A program made the translations under genes and the position numbers. This document shows positions 1-11,357 of a stretch of 64,000 nucleotides of DNA, piece by piece. The DNA is taken from the NCBI GenBank assembly GCA_964016885.1, contig OZ024742.1, positions 10,168,001 to 10,232,000 on the forward strand, read 5' to 3'. The stretch's first letter is position 1. Every line of letters starts with the position of its first letter. Under the pieces are notes generated by a model. The model was not told the origin of the DNA and did no database searches. It saw nothing but the letters and a program-made list of their open reading frames with translations. The DNA comes from Eledone cirrhosa (Eukaryota).

Positions 1-3000
1 GTGATAGTTGTGGTGATAGTGATGGGGAGGCGGTCTTGTTGGTGATAGTTGTGGTGATAGTGATGGGGAGGCGGTCTTGTTGGTGATAGTTGTGGTGATA
101 GTGATGGGGAGGCGGTCTTGTTGGTGATAGTTGTGGTGATAGTGATGGGGAGGCGGTCTTGTTGGTGATAGTTGTGGTGATAGTGATGGGGAGGCGGTCT
201 TGTTGGTGATAGTGGTGGTGATAGTGATGGGGAGGCGGTCTTGTTGGTGATAGTTGTGGTGATAGTGATGGGGAGGCGGTCTTGTTGGTGATAGTGGTGG
301 TGATAGTGATGGGGAGGCGGTCTTGTTGGTGATAGTTGTGGTGATAGTGATAGGGAGGCGGTCTTGTTGGTGATAGTGGTGGTGATAGTGATGGGGAGGC
401 GGTCTTGTTGGTGATAGTGGTGGTGATAGTGATGGGGAGGCGGTCTTGTTGGTGATAGTTGTGGTGATAGTGATGGGGAGGCGGTCTTGTTGGTGATAGT
501 TGTGGTGATAGTGATGGGGAGGCGGTCTTGTTGGTGATAGTGGTGGTGATAGTGATGGGGAGGCGGTCTTGTTGGTGATAGTGGTGGTGATAGTGATGGG
601 GAGGCGGTCTTGTTGGTGATAGTTGTGGTGATAGTGATAGGGAGGCGGTCTTGTTGGTGATAGTGGTGGTGATAGTGATGGGGAGGCGGTCTTGTTGGTG
701 ATAGTGGTGGTGATAGTGATGGGGAGGCGGTCTTGTTGGTGATAGTGGTGGTGATAGTGATGGGGAGGCGGTCTTGTTGGTGATAGTTGTGGTGATAGTG
801 ATAGGGAGGCGGTCTTGTTGGTGATAGTGGTGGTGATAGTGATGGGGAGGCGGTCTTGTTGGTGATAGTGGTGGTGATAGTGATGGGGAGGCGGTCTTGT
901 TGGTGATAGTTGTGGTGATAGTGATGGGGAGGCGGTCTTGTTGGTGATAGTGGTGGTGATAGTGATGGGGAGGCGGTCTTGTTGGTGATAGTTGTGGTGA
1001 TAGTGATAGGGAGGCGGTCTTGTTGGTGATAGTGGTGGTGATAGTGATGGGGAGGCGGTCTTGTTGGTGATAGTGGTGGTGATAGTGATGGGGAGGCGGT
1101 CTTGTTGGTGATAGTGGTGGGGATAGTGATGGGGAGGCGGTCTTGTTGGTGATAGTTGTGGTGATAGTGATAGGGAGGCGGTCTTGTTGGTGATAGTGGT
1201 GGTGATAGTGATGGGGAGGCGGTCTTGTTGGTGATAGTGGTGGTGATAGTGATGGGGAGGCGGTCTTGTTGGTGATAGTGGTGGGGATAGTGATGGGGAG
1301 GCGGTCTTGTTGGTGATAGTTGTGGTGATAGTGATAGGGAGGCGGTCTTGTTGGTGATAGTGGTGGTGATAGTGATGGGGAGGCGGTCTTGTTGGTGATA
1401 GTTGTGGTGATAGTGATGGGGAGGCGGTCTTGTTGGTGATAGTGGTGGTGATAGTGATGGGGAGGCGGTCTTGTTGGTGATAGTGGTGGTGATAGTGATG
1501 GGGAGGCGGTCTTGTTGGTGATAGTGGTGGTGATAGTGTTGGTGTTGGTGATAGTGATGGGGAGGCGGTCTTGTTGGTGATAGTTGTGGTGATAGTGATG
1601 GGGAGGCGGTCTTGTTGGTGATAGTTGTGGTGATAGTGATGGGGAGGCGGTCTTGTTGGTGATAGTGGTGGTGATAGTGATGGGGAGGCGGTCTTGTTGG
1701 TGATAGTGGTGGTGATAGTGTTGGTGTTGGTGATAGTGATAGGGAGGCGGTCTTGTTGGTGATAGTTGTGGTGATAGTGATGGGGAGGCGGTCTTGTTGG
1801 TGATAGTTGTGGTGATAGTGATGGGGAGGCGGTCTTGTTGGTGATAGTGGTGGTGATAGTGATAGGGAGGCGGTCTTGTTGGTGATAGTGGTGGTGATAG
1901 TGTTGGTGTTGGTGATAGTGATGGGGAGGCGGTCTTGTTGGTGATAGTTGTGGTGATAGTGATGGGGAGGCGGTCTTGTTGGTGATAGTGGTGGTGATAG
2001 TGATGGGGAGGCGGTCTTGTTGGTGATAGTGGTGGTGATAGTGATAGGGAGGCGGTCTTGTTGGTGATAGTTGTGGTGATAGTGATGGGGAGGCGGTCTT
2101 GTTGGTGATAGTGTTGGTGATAGTGATGGGGAGGCGGTCTTGTTGGTGATAGTTGTGGTGATAGTGATGGGGAGGCGGTCTTGTTGGTGATAGTTGTGGT
2201 GATAGTGATGGGGAGGCGGTCTTGTTGGTGATAGTGGTGGTGATAGTGATGGGGAGGCGGTCTTGTTGGTGATAGTGGTGGTGATAGTGATAGGGAGGCG
2301 GTCTTGTTGGTGATAGTTGTGGTGATAGTGATGGGGAGGCGGTCTTGTTGGTGATAGTTGTGGTGATAGTGATAGGGAGGCGGTCTTGTTGGTGATAGTG
2401 GTGGTGATAGTGATGGGGAGGCGGTCTTGTTGGTGATAGTGGTGGTGATAGTGATGGGGAGGCGGTCTTGTTGGTGATAGTGGTGGTGATAGTGATAGGG
2501 AGGCGGTCTTGTTGGTGATAGTTGTGGTGATAGTGATGGGGAGGCGGTCTTGTTGGTGATAGTGGTGGTGATAGTGATGGGGAGGCGGTCTTGTTGGTGA
2601 TAGTGGTGGTGATAGTGATGGGGAGGCGGTCTTGTTGGTGATAGTGGTGGTGATAGTGATGGGGAGGCGGTCTTGTTGGTGATAGTTGTGGTGATAGTGA
2701 TGGGGAGGCGGTCTTGTTGGTGATAGTGGTGGTGATAGTGATGGGGAGGCGGTCTTGTTGGTGATAGTTGTGGTGATAGTGATGGGGAGGCGGTCTTGTT
2801 GGTGATAGTGGTGGTGATAGTGATGGGGAGGCGGTCTTGTTGGTGATAGTTGTGGTGATAGTGATGGGGAGGCGGTCTTGTTGGTGATAGTTGTGGTGAT
2901 AGTGATGGGGAGGCGGTCTTGTTGGTGATAGTTGTGGTGATAGTGATGGGGAGGCGGTCTTGTTGGTGATAGTTGTGGTGATAGTGATGGGGAGGCGGTC

Positions 3001-5170
3001 TTGTTGGTGATAGTTGTGGTGATAGTGATGGGGAGGCGGTCTTGTTGGTGATAGTGGTGGTGATAGTGATGGGGAGGCGGTCTTGTTGGTGATAGTTGTG
3101 GTGATAGTGATGGGGAGGCGGTCTTGTTGGTGATAGTGGTGGTGATAGTGATGGGGAGGCGGTCTTGTTGGTGATAGTTGTGGTGATAGTGATAGGGAGG
3201 CGGTCTTGTTGGTGATAGTGGTGGTGATAGTGATGGGGAGGCGGTCTTGTTGGTGATAGTGGTGGTGATAGTGATGGGGAGGCGGTCTTGTTGGTGATAG
3301 TGGTGGTGATAGTGATGGGGAGGCGGTCTTGTTGGTGATAGTGGTGGGGATAGTGATGGGGAGGCGGTCTTGTTGGTGATAATGGTGGTGATAGTGATGG
3401 AGAGGCGGTCTTGTTGGTGATAGTGGTGGTGATAGTGATAGGGAGGCGGTCTTGTTGGTGATAGTGGTGGTGATAGTGATGGGGAGGCGGTCTTGTTGGT
3501 GATAGTGGTGGTGATAGTGATGGGGAGGCGGTCTTGTTGGTGATAGTGGTGGTGATAGTGATGGGGAGGCGGTCTTGTTGGTGATAGTGGTGGTGATAGT
3601 GTTGGTGTTGGTGATAGTGATGGGGAGGCGGTCTTGTTGGTGATAGTGGTGGTGATAGTGATGGGGAGGCGGTCTTGTTGGTGATAGTGGTGGTGATAGT
3701 GTTGGTGTTGGTGATAGTGATGGGGAGGCGGTCTTGTTGGTGATAGTGGTGGTGATAGTGATGGGGAGGCGGTCTTGTTGGTGATAGTTGTGGTGATAGT
3801 GATGGGGAGGCGGTCTTGTTGGTGATAGTGGTGGTGATAGTGATGGGGAGGCGGTCTTGTTGGTGATAGTGGTGGTGATAGTGTTGGTGTTGGTGATAGT
3901 GATGGGGAGGCGGTCTTGTTGGTGATAGTGGTGGTGATAGTGATGGGGAGGCGGTCTTGTTGGTGATAGTTGTGGTGATAGTGATGGGGAGGCGGTCTTG
4001 TTGGTGATAGTTGTGGTGATAGTGATGGGGAGGCGGTCTTGTTGGTGATAGTGGTGGTGATAGTGATGGGGAGGCGGTCTTGTTGGTGATAGTTGTGGTG
4101 ATAGTGATGGGGAGGCGGTCTTGTTGGTGATAGTGGTGGTGATAGTGTTGGTGTTGGTGATAGTGATGGGGAGGCGGTCTTGTTGGTGATAGTGGTGGTG
4201 ATAGTGATGGGGAGGCGGTCTTGTTGGTGATAGTTGTGGTGATAGTGATGGGGAGGCGGTCTTGTTGGTGATAGTGGTGGGGATAGTGATGGGGAGGCGG
4301 TCTTGTTGGTGATAGTGGTGGGGATAGTGATGGGGAGGCGGTCTTGTTGGTGATAGTTGTGGTGATAGTGATGGGGAGGCGGTCTTGTTGGTGATAGTGG
4401 TGGGGATAGTGATGGGGAGGCGGTCTTGTTGGTGATAGTTGTGGTGATAGTGATGGGGAGTCGGTCTTGTTGGTGATAGTGGTGGTGATAGTGATGGTGT
4501 TGGTGATAGTGATGGGAGGTGGTGTTGTTGGTGATAGTGGTGGTGATAGTGATAGGGAGGCGGTCTTGTTGGTGATAGTGGTGGTGATAGTGATGGGGAG
4601 GCGGTCTTGTTGGTGAAAGTTGTGGTGATAGTGATGGGGAGGCGGTCTTGTTGGTGATAGTGGTGGTGATAGTGATGGGGAGGCGGTCTTGTTGGTGAAA
4701 GTTGTGGTGATAGTGATGGGGAGGCGGTCTTGTTGGTGATAGTTGTGGTGATAGTGATGGGGAGGCAGTCTTGTTGGTGATAGTTGTGGTGATAGTGATG
4801 GGGAGGCGGTCTTGTTGGTGATAGTTGTGGTGATAGTGTTGGTGTTGGTGATAGTGATGGGGAGGCGGTCTTGTTGGTGATAGTTGTGGTGATAGTGTTG
4901 GTGTTGGTGATAGTGATGGGGAGGCGGTCTTGTTGGTGAAAGTTGTGGTGATAGTGATGGGGAGGCGGTCTTGTTGGTGATAGTTGTGGTGATAGTGATG
5001 GGGAGGCGGTCTTGTTGGTGATAGTTGTGGTGATAGTGTTGGTGTTGGTGATAGTGATGGGGAGGCGGTCTTGTTGGTGATAGTTGTGGTGATAGTGATG
5101 GGGAGGCGGTCTTGTTGGTGATAGTGGTGGTGATAGTGATGGGGAGGCGGTCTTGTTGGTGATAGTTGTG
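1..5170. repeat. 41-bp G/T-rich minisatellite array, about 125 copies, running off the left edge
   Basis: Unit GTGATAGTTGTGGTGATAGTGATGGGGAGGCGGTCTTGTTG repeats with few variants (TTGTGG/GGTGG, GATAGGG/GATGGGG, occasional units with an extra GTGTTGGTGTTG-type segment). Confidence 0.97.
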
Positions 5171-5542
5171 GTGTTGATAGTATTCTGTAATGGTTCTGGT
5201 GTTGGTAGTAGTGTTGTTGGGGGTATTGATGTTAGTGGTAGTCTGTGTTGGCGGTGATTGTAGTTATGGTAATGTTAGTGCTGTTGGTGCTAATGTTAAA
5301 TCTTCTAGCATTACCTCTCTCTCCAAGCCATAAGAAGTATTCTAGTAAAACTGACCAGCTATGTAAGGTTTCATTAAATATCAGCCACCAATAACTTTTC
5401 TATTTTTCTATTTTCTTGCTTCAATCAATTAATAACTCTCTTTTCTTTCTTTCTTTGTCTTTTGTAATTTTAGTCATATTATTCATGTGTTATCAATATT
5501 GATAATAATATGAATAATATGACTAAAATTATTGATAATAAT

Positions 5543-5643
5543 TGGTTCTACATTTGGCACAAGGCTAGCAATTAACCAGTGTATTACTGGTACTTTATTT
5601 TATCGACCCCGAAAGGATGAAAGGCAAAGTTAACCTCGGTGGG
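5543..5643 (-). mobile_element. 5'-truncated tRNA-derived SINE (family A) with 15-bp TSD
   Basis: Matches the 3' half of the SINE at 47423-47639; flanked by ATTATTGATAATAAT at 5528-5542 and 5644-5658. Confidence 0.85.
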
Positions 5644-5661
5644 ATTATTGATAATAATATT

Positions 5662-6298
5662 GATTGGCAGTATCGGTAGAAGGTCGGACGCCATGCATTG
5701 CTGCATTGAGTTACGGCCCTTTACAATCTGAGTTCAGTTCCTGCCGAGGTCAACTTTGCCTTTCAACCTTACGGGGTCGATAAAATAAAGTACCAGTAAT
5801 GCACTGTGTAATTGCTGGCCTTGTGCCTAAAGTAGAAACCATTATTTGGCAGTATCGGTAGAGGGTTGGACGCCATGCTTTTCAGCATAGAGATACGACC
5901 CTTTATGATCTGAGTTCAAATCTCGCAAATGTTTGCCTTTCATCCTTACGTGGTCGATAAAATAAAGTACCAGTAACGGACTGGGATCGACTTCCCCTTC
6001 CCCCCAAATTGCTGACCGAGGTCAACTTTGCCTTTCAACCTTACGGAGTCGATAAAATAAAGTACCAGTAATGCACTGGGTAATTGCTGCTTTTGTGCCA
6101 AATGTAGAGACAATTATTTGTCAATATCGGTAGAGTGTTTGACGCCATGCTTTCCAGCATAGTTACGTCCCTTTATGGTCTGAGTTCAAATCCCGTCGAG
6201 GTTGACTTTGCCTTTCATCCTTTCCGGGTCGATGAAATAAAGTACCAGTAATGAACTGGGTAATTTCTGGCCTTGTGCTAAAAGTAGAAACAGTTATT
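5662..6298 (+). mobile_element. Cluster of about 4 head-to-tail SINE family A copies or fragments
   Basis: Repeated TGGCAGTATCGGTAG (A-box-like) ... GAGTTCAAATCCC (B-box-like) ... TTTGCCTTTCATCCTT.CGGGGTCGATAAAATAAAGTACCAG ... GGCCTTGTGCC..AAGTAGAAAC, starting near 5665, 5846, 6015 (partial) and 6118. Confidence 0.85.
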
Positions 6299-6423
6299 TC
6301 ATTTAGCATCCTCCTCTCTACCTTTCTCTCTACTCCTTCCTAATTGAACTTATTCATTTATATTGATTGGCTGTTTGGTTGCTTATAGTATCTTTATTTC
6401 AAATGTAGCCATAACAATATTTC

Positions 6424-6467
<44 letters not shown>

Positions 6468-6910
6468 TATGTAGCTGTCTATTATTTATATATCTATACG
6501 TGTATGTGGAGGTGTAATACGTGTGGGTATATATGTTTATAAAATCATATATGATATATGCAGATATGTGAGAGTACAAAGAAAGATAGAGAGATACATG
6601 GAAGTATATAAAATATGATAACATTTATCAATTACCTCAGCCTCCATCAATTTCTCTTCCCGCCTCTTCCGCCTACTCTTCAGTAAATCTTAATACTTCA
6701 ATCCTGAAATAATTTTGATTCAGGTTTTTTAAAGCTATTACAGAAATGCAAGTATACGTGTGTAAATAGAAATATATGTTTATGTAATTAAATGCTGTAG
6801 ACGATCTCTCTAAATTAAAGAGGGCAGTTAATTGCTTCAATTCTCTACACCCCCCCCCCCGTCCCCGTATATATATATATATATGTGTGTGGGGGGGTGT
6901 ATTTATATAT

Positions 6911-6987
<77 letters not shown>

Positions 6988-7089
6988 TATATATATATAT
7001 ATGCATATATATATTTGTATATATATATGATAGTCGATATAGATTTTAACTTTGTTAATAATGAATTACTTATCAAAAATGAAGTACCT

Positions 7090-7340
7090 ATGTGTGTCTG
7101 TGTATATACATGCCTGATTACGTGAATATGTGTGTATGTATACATGCCTGATTACGTGAATATGTGTGTATGTATACATGCCTGATTACGTGAATATGTG
7201 TGTATGTATACATGCCTGATTACGTGAATATGTGTGTATGTATACATGCCTGAATACGTGTAGATGTGTGTTTGTGTATACATGCCTGAATACGTGTATG
7301 TGTGTGTTTGTGTATACATGTCTGAATACGTGTATATATA
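7090..7340. repeat. About 34-bp tandem repeat (TGTATACATGCCTGATTACGTGAATATGTGTGTA), about 7 copies
   Basis: Direct inspection; copies decay towards the right. Confidence 0.85.
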
Positions 7341-7769
7341 TGTGTGTTTGTGTATACATGCGTGAGTGAATGCAAATATATAAATGAGCGTGCGTGTATG
7401 CATGTTTCTACATGTGTGTGTGTGTGCGTGTGTCGACATGTGTGTGTGTGTGTATGTATGTGTGTGCGTGTCTTTCAATTCTATATTTTCGATTAGAAGT
7501 GTGATTACAGATACTTTATTCCTCATTTTCTTCAGTGAATATCTCACATTTGCTTCAGTCATTAGCAAATCTTTCGCCGAATAAAGAATTGTATTTTGAA
7601 GTATGATCCTGTTGTCTCAGAGGTCAGGGAAAGGAAGTGAATAGGATTGGGTTAGTGCTGATGAAGTTCAAGGGTTTCGAGATTGTAAGGAATCCCAGTA
7701 ATATCAAAGAACGCAGCACTTGTATTGAACAGTGAGAGGTACTTCAGCTCTTCGGAATCTATTAAAATT

Positions 7770-8077
7770 TCTGGTAAATATTCTATTTCTATGTGTAGTG
7801 TACCCCACTACCATCTCCCCTAACAGAAGAAAGAGTAAGTTAGCAACACTGGCGATTGAACTCAGCACCGCTGATTGCAGCCCTCATATATCACAGTCGA
7901 TCGACTTTCGTCAAATCGGACCGAGGAAACAATGTTTCCATAGGTCTTTCCAATTGCTAATACTATCTATCGGTGGCAACTCCAGGTAGAACGAACAACG
8001 TGAAATAAAGTGTCTTGCTCAAGGACATAACGCATCAACCGGTCCCCGGCATTCCAATCCTCTAACCACTCAGCCAC
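7770..8077 (-). mobile_element. Degenerate tRNA-derived SINE (family B, CORE-like)
   Basis: Minus strand starts CGTGGCTGAGTGGTTAGAGG (A box) and contains TGTCCTTGAGCAAGACACTTTATTTCAC, resembling the CORE-SINE motif. The 3' boundary is uncertain. Confidence 0.55.
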
Positions 8078-8085
8078 GACGCACC

Positions 8086-8399
<314 letters not shown>

Positions 8400-8590
8400 G
8401 GTTTGAGGTTCACCACTGTATAGAGCTGGTCTATTCCGTATGGTCAATCGTAATGCAATAATATAGAGAGTACTCAACGTAAAGCAGTTCAACCGTCTTT
8501 GTTTTTGTAGTTGGTGGTGCTATTACGGAGTTAAATATTATAATGAAATGACAGGAGGCTGGATTTGTGTAAATCCTTGAAAGGTTTATT

Positions 8591-8648
8591 ATACTATGAT
8601 CATTTCAATGACCGGGTTCCGTATGAATCCGGTGATATCATCAGGTAT
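8591..8648 (-). ncRNA. Type I hammerhead ribozyme, intact core
   Basis: Minus strand reads ATAC-CTGATGA-[TATCACCGG...CCGGTCATT]-GAAA-TGATCA-TA-GTAT-AATAAA: stem I ATAC/GTAT, palindromic stem III. Confidence 0.85.
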
Positions 8649-9111
8649 TCGAAATATAATACGTGAATGTAATAGGTAAAATCCATGGGGCTGAAAATCG
8701 AGACCTGAGGGCGACCGCTATTCTGTTCCTTCAACCTCAGCCGGTCGCGACCGGCTGTGGTTGAAGGAACAGAATATAAGAAATATAGAAGGCACGGAGA
8801 ATAGTGGGAGCGGTCGGAAAAAGGGGGCAAGTATCCGGGGTCTAAACCAACTGCTATAAAAGGCGGAGTCCGCCAAATCTATCATAGACTAGGGGAGGGG
8901 GTGGGGGTACTAAGGCTACAAGGGGCCAAAGGGCAGCCTCGGGTGGGCGAGAAAAGACGCCGACAAAGGAGAACTGCTGAGGGAGAAGGACTAAGGAGAG
9001 ATGGGGGGAAGGAAATAAAGGAAGCGATAAAAGAATAAAAAGAAGGTCTTACGTCTCCCTTGGCAAACAGGGGTTACCCATTGCAAAATCGGCAAGTGGG
9101 GTGTTATAGCC

Positions 9112-10318
9112 CTAGTCTACCCCCCCCCGGTCATTATGGGGTTTGAGGGCGAGGTAAGTCCTACGCAATCTACGTTTACATGCAGTAACCAGTTCATCGT
9201 TCTTGTTTAGGAGTTGGTCCGTCGAAAACAGCATTTGTAAAGTTTCCTCCGAGCATAAATTGTACGGACGGCGTCCTCCCGTGTAAGAATTGGTTCTGGA
9301 CAGTAATCTCCAAGTGAGATCATAGGTGATGTTGTTGTCCTTGAGGTCCCATATGTGGCCCGAAAGTGTAGTGGCGTGACGCCGGGCCGGGTTTCGGAAG
9401 GTATGTCTATGTTGGTATAGCCGGGTCTTGAAGTCACATGCGGTAAGTCCTATATAGGCTTTGTTGGAGGTATCCGTCCTCACGTTGCACTGGTAGATCA
9501 CATTACGGTCTCTGCATCTATTGTCGAGTTGGCAAATGGATCTATCCGGACAGTTACACCTCCTGGTCGGTTCTCCACTGCTATTTAGGTTATTTCTGCC
9601 ATCGGGGTTGAGTTTTTTGTTGTTGGAGGAGACGATGTTTTGTGCGAAGTTTGGTGTAGTGCTGTAAGAGAGTTTGATGGTATTTTTGTTAATTATGTTG
9701 TGGTAGCGGTGTTGTAATGGGAAGTGTTTTTCAATGAGCCTAAAGAATAGTTTCCCGATGGGAGTTGTCACCTCTGCGTTGTGGGGAGGATTGAACCATG
9801 TTACATTGCGTGAGCGGCGGTGTCTCCTGCTGGTTCCGCTAATGGGAGCTGGACAGTAGGATATTTCCTCCCGGAAACCACTCCGCTTGAGGGCCTGGTT
9901 GTAATAAGGCGCATGTTCATCAAATATCCGCTCATTAGCTGACAAACGGGATATGCGGAGGGAGATGTTTTTGACCAGGTTGTTTGTGATGTTCCTAGGA
10001 TGGTTTGATCGGCGGTGGATGTAGTGCAGATTGTCATTAGGTTTCCTGTATGGGTAGTACAGGTCGTTTTCGAGGTCGAGGGTCACGTCCAGGAAGTTTA
10101 CTCGGGTCAGGGACGTTTGTAGGGTTATTTTAAATCCCCAGTCGCGGAAGAATCTGATTAATTGTTTCCGGACCCGATCTGTACTACCGGGTTGTACCCT
10201 TTAAGGGTAAGGAGCCCATCATCACGGTACAATCCACCACCGAATGCAGGAAACATATCAGTGAGTTTGGCTATTAGGAATAATCCTATAAGGTCTGTGA
10301 CCTCCGCCGAATCCGTGG
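9112..10318 (-). pseudogene. Penelope-like RT + GIY-YIG endonuclease, C-terminal part (frameshift near 10200)
   Basis: DSAEVTDLIGLFL...GGGLYRDDGLL (10318-10210); VNFLDVTLDL...YRKPND...SNHP; WFNPP; KLSYSTTPN; CNCxxxxxC linker; NVIYQC...AYIGLT..FKTRLYQH. Confidence 0.92.
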
Positions 10319-10329
10319 TAGTCTCTTTA

Positions 10330-11015
10330 GTATTTTGACCCCATTTGTTGACCCGTCACCGTATCATTTACGTACTTATACCTCTTAAAAGGGTCCTTGC
10401 CTATCCGTCCCACCTAGTTCTTTTACTTATTTCGTTATTTCTTTATTTCTTTCTTTACTTCTTTCTTTCTTTATTTATTTATTTATTCTAGCCTAACAAT
10501 AGCTAGAGACCTAGGTCGTAGAACTTGCTTTACTCTTTTTTTTTTTCTTTACACTTATTCGCTTTTCTTCACTCTCAGTATTTTTTCTTTCATATGTATT
10601 TTTACCCCCCATTGTTCTACCTACCGTTCCGACTTCCTCCCCCTCCCCCTCCCCAGTATCTTCTTTGACCTCATGCCCAGCTGTAGCTGGCACTACCAAC
10701 GCTTGATTGGGTCTACTCCACCCCTCCCCTCTTTCTCCTACTGGCAGGTTTAGCCACCATCTCCCCTACTAATTTGCAATCACAGAATTACTACTGATTT
10801 TTGACAATCACTTTGACCATATATGGAATTACCCCTTGAGAAGATCGGCTATTTAAATACCAGGATAAATTTTCATTTAGTCCAGAATTAGCCGTCGAAA
10901 CGGCTTGAGCTCAGCTGTCGGGGTCTTACTGGTTCCTATTACCCACTCTACTACCCCAAGTATTGAGTACTTTGGTGCGTTATGGTCCACCTGGTTCCTT
11001 ACCACATTTCCTTCG

Positions 11016-11018
<3 letters not shown>
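10330..11018 (+). mobile_element. 3' terminal (pseudo-LTR) segment of another Penelope-like family, ending in (TA)n
   Basis: Contains a decayed hammerhead (10831-10924); its last 100 bp recur at about 11185-11283 and 40700-40800, each running directly into (TA)n. Confidence 0.7.
10831..10924 (+). ncRNA. Degenerate type I hammerhead ribozyme with long stem II and full stem III
   Basis: ACCCC-TTGAGAA-GATCGGCTA...TAGCCGTC-GAAA-CGGCTTGAGCTCAGCTG-TC-GGGGT. Stems and GAAA/GUC are present, but the CUGANGA box is corrupted. Confidence 0.6.
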
Positions 11019-11087
<69 letters not shown>

Positions 11088-11090
<3 letters not shown>

Positions 11091-11280
11091 GGAAAAAGTA
11101 TGACCCCGACGGCAGAGCTCAAGCCGTTTCGACGGCTATTTCTAGTCCAGAAATAGCCGTCGAAACGGCTTGAGCTCTGCCGTCGGGATCATACTTTTTC
11201 CTATTTCCCACTCTACTACCCTAAGTATTGAGTACTCTGGTGCGGTATGGTCCATCTGGTTCCTTACCACAATTCATTTG

Positions 11281-11283
<3 letters not shown>
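11088..11283 (+). mobile_element. Short Penelope-like 3' end with inverted 5' duplication (palindrome 11088-11204) inside (TA)n
   Basis: 56-bp arms with one mismatch around the loop AGTCC (11144-11148); the right arm continues into the family 3' end. Confidence 0.85.

Positions 11284-11352
<69 letters not shown>

Positions 11353-11357
<5 letters not shown>

Noticed and set aside
1-5170. CRISPR array or telomeric repeat
   Set aside because: No unique spacers, no cas genes, eukaryotic context, and no TTAGGG-type unit.
7657-7695. CTGATGA followed by GAGA, a possible hammerhead (also CTGAAGA at 61271)
   Set aside because: No GAAA box in position and no convincing stems I-III.
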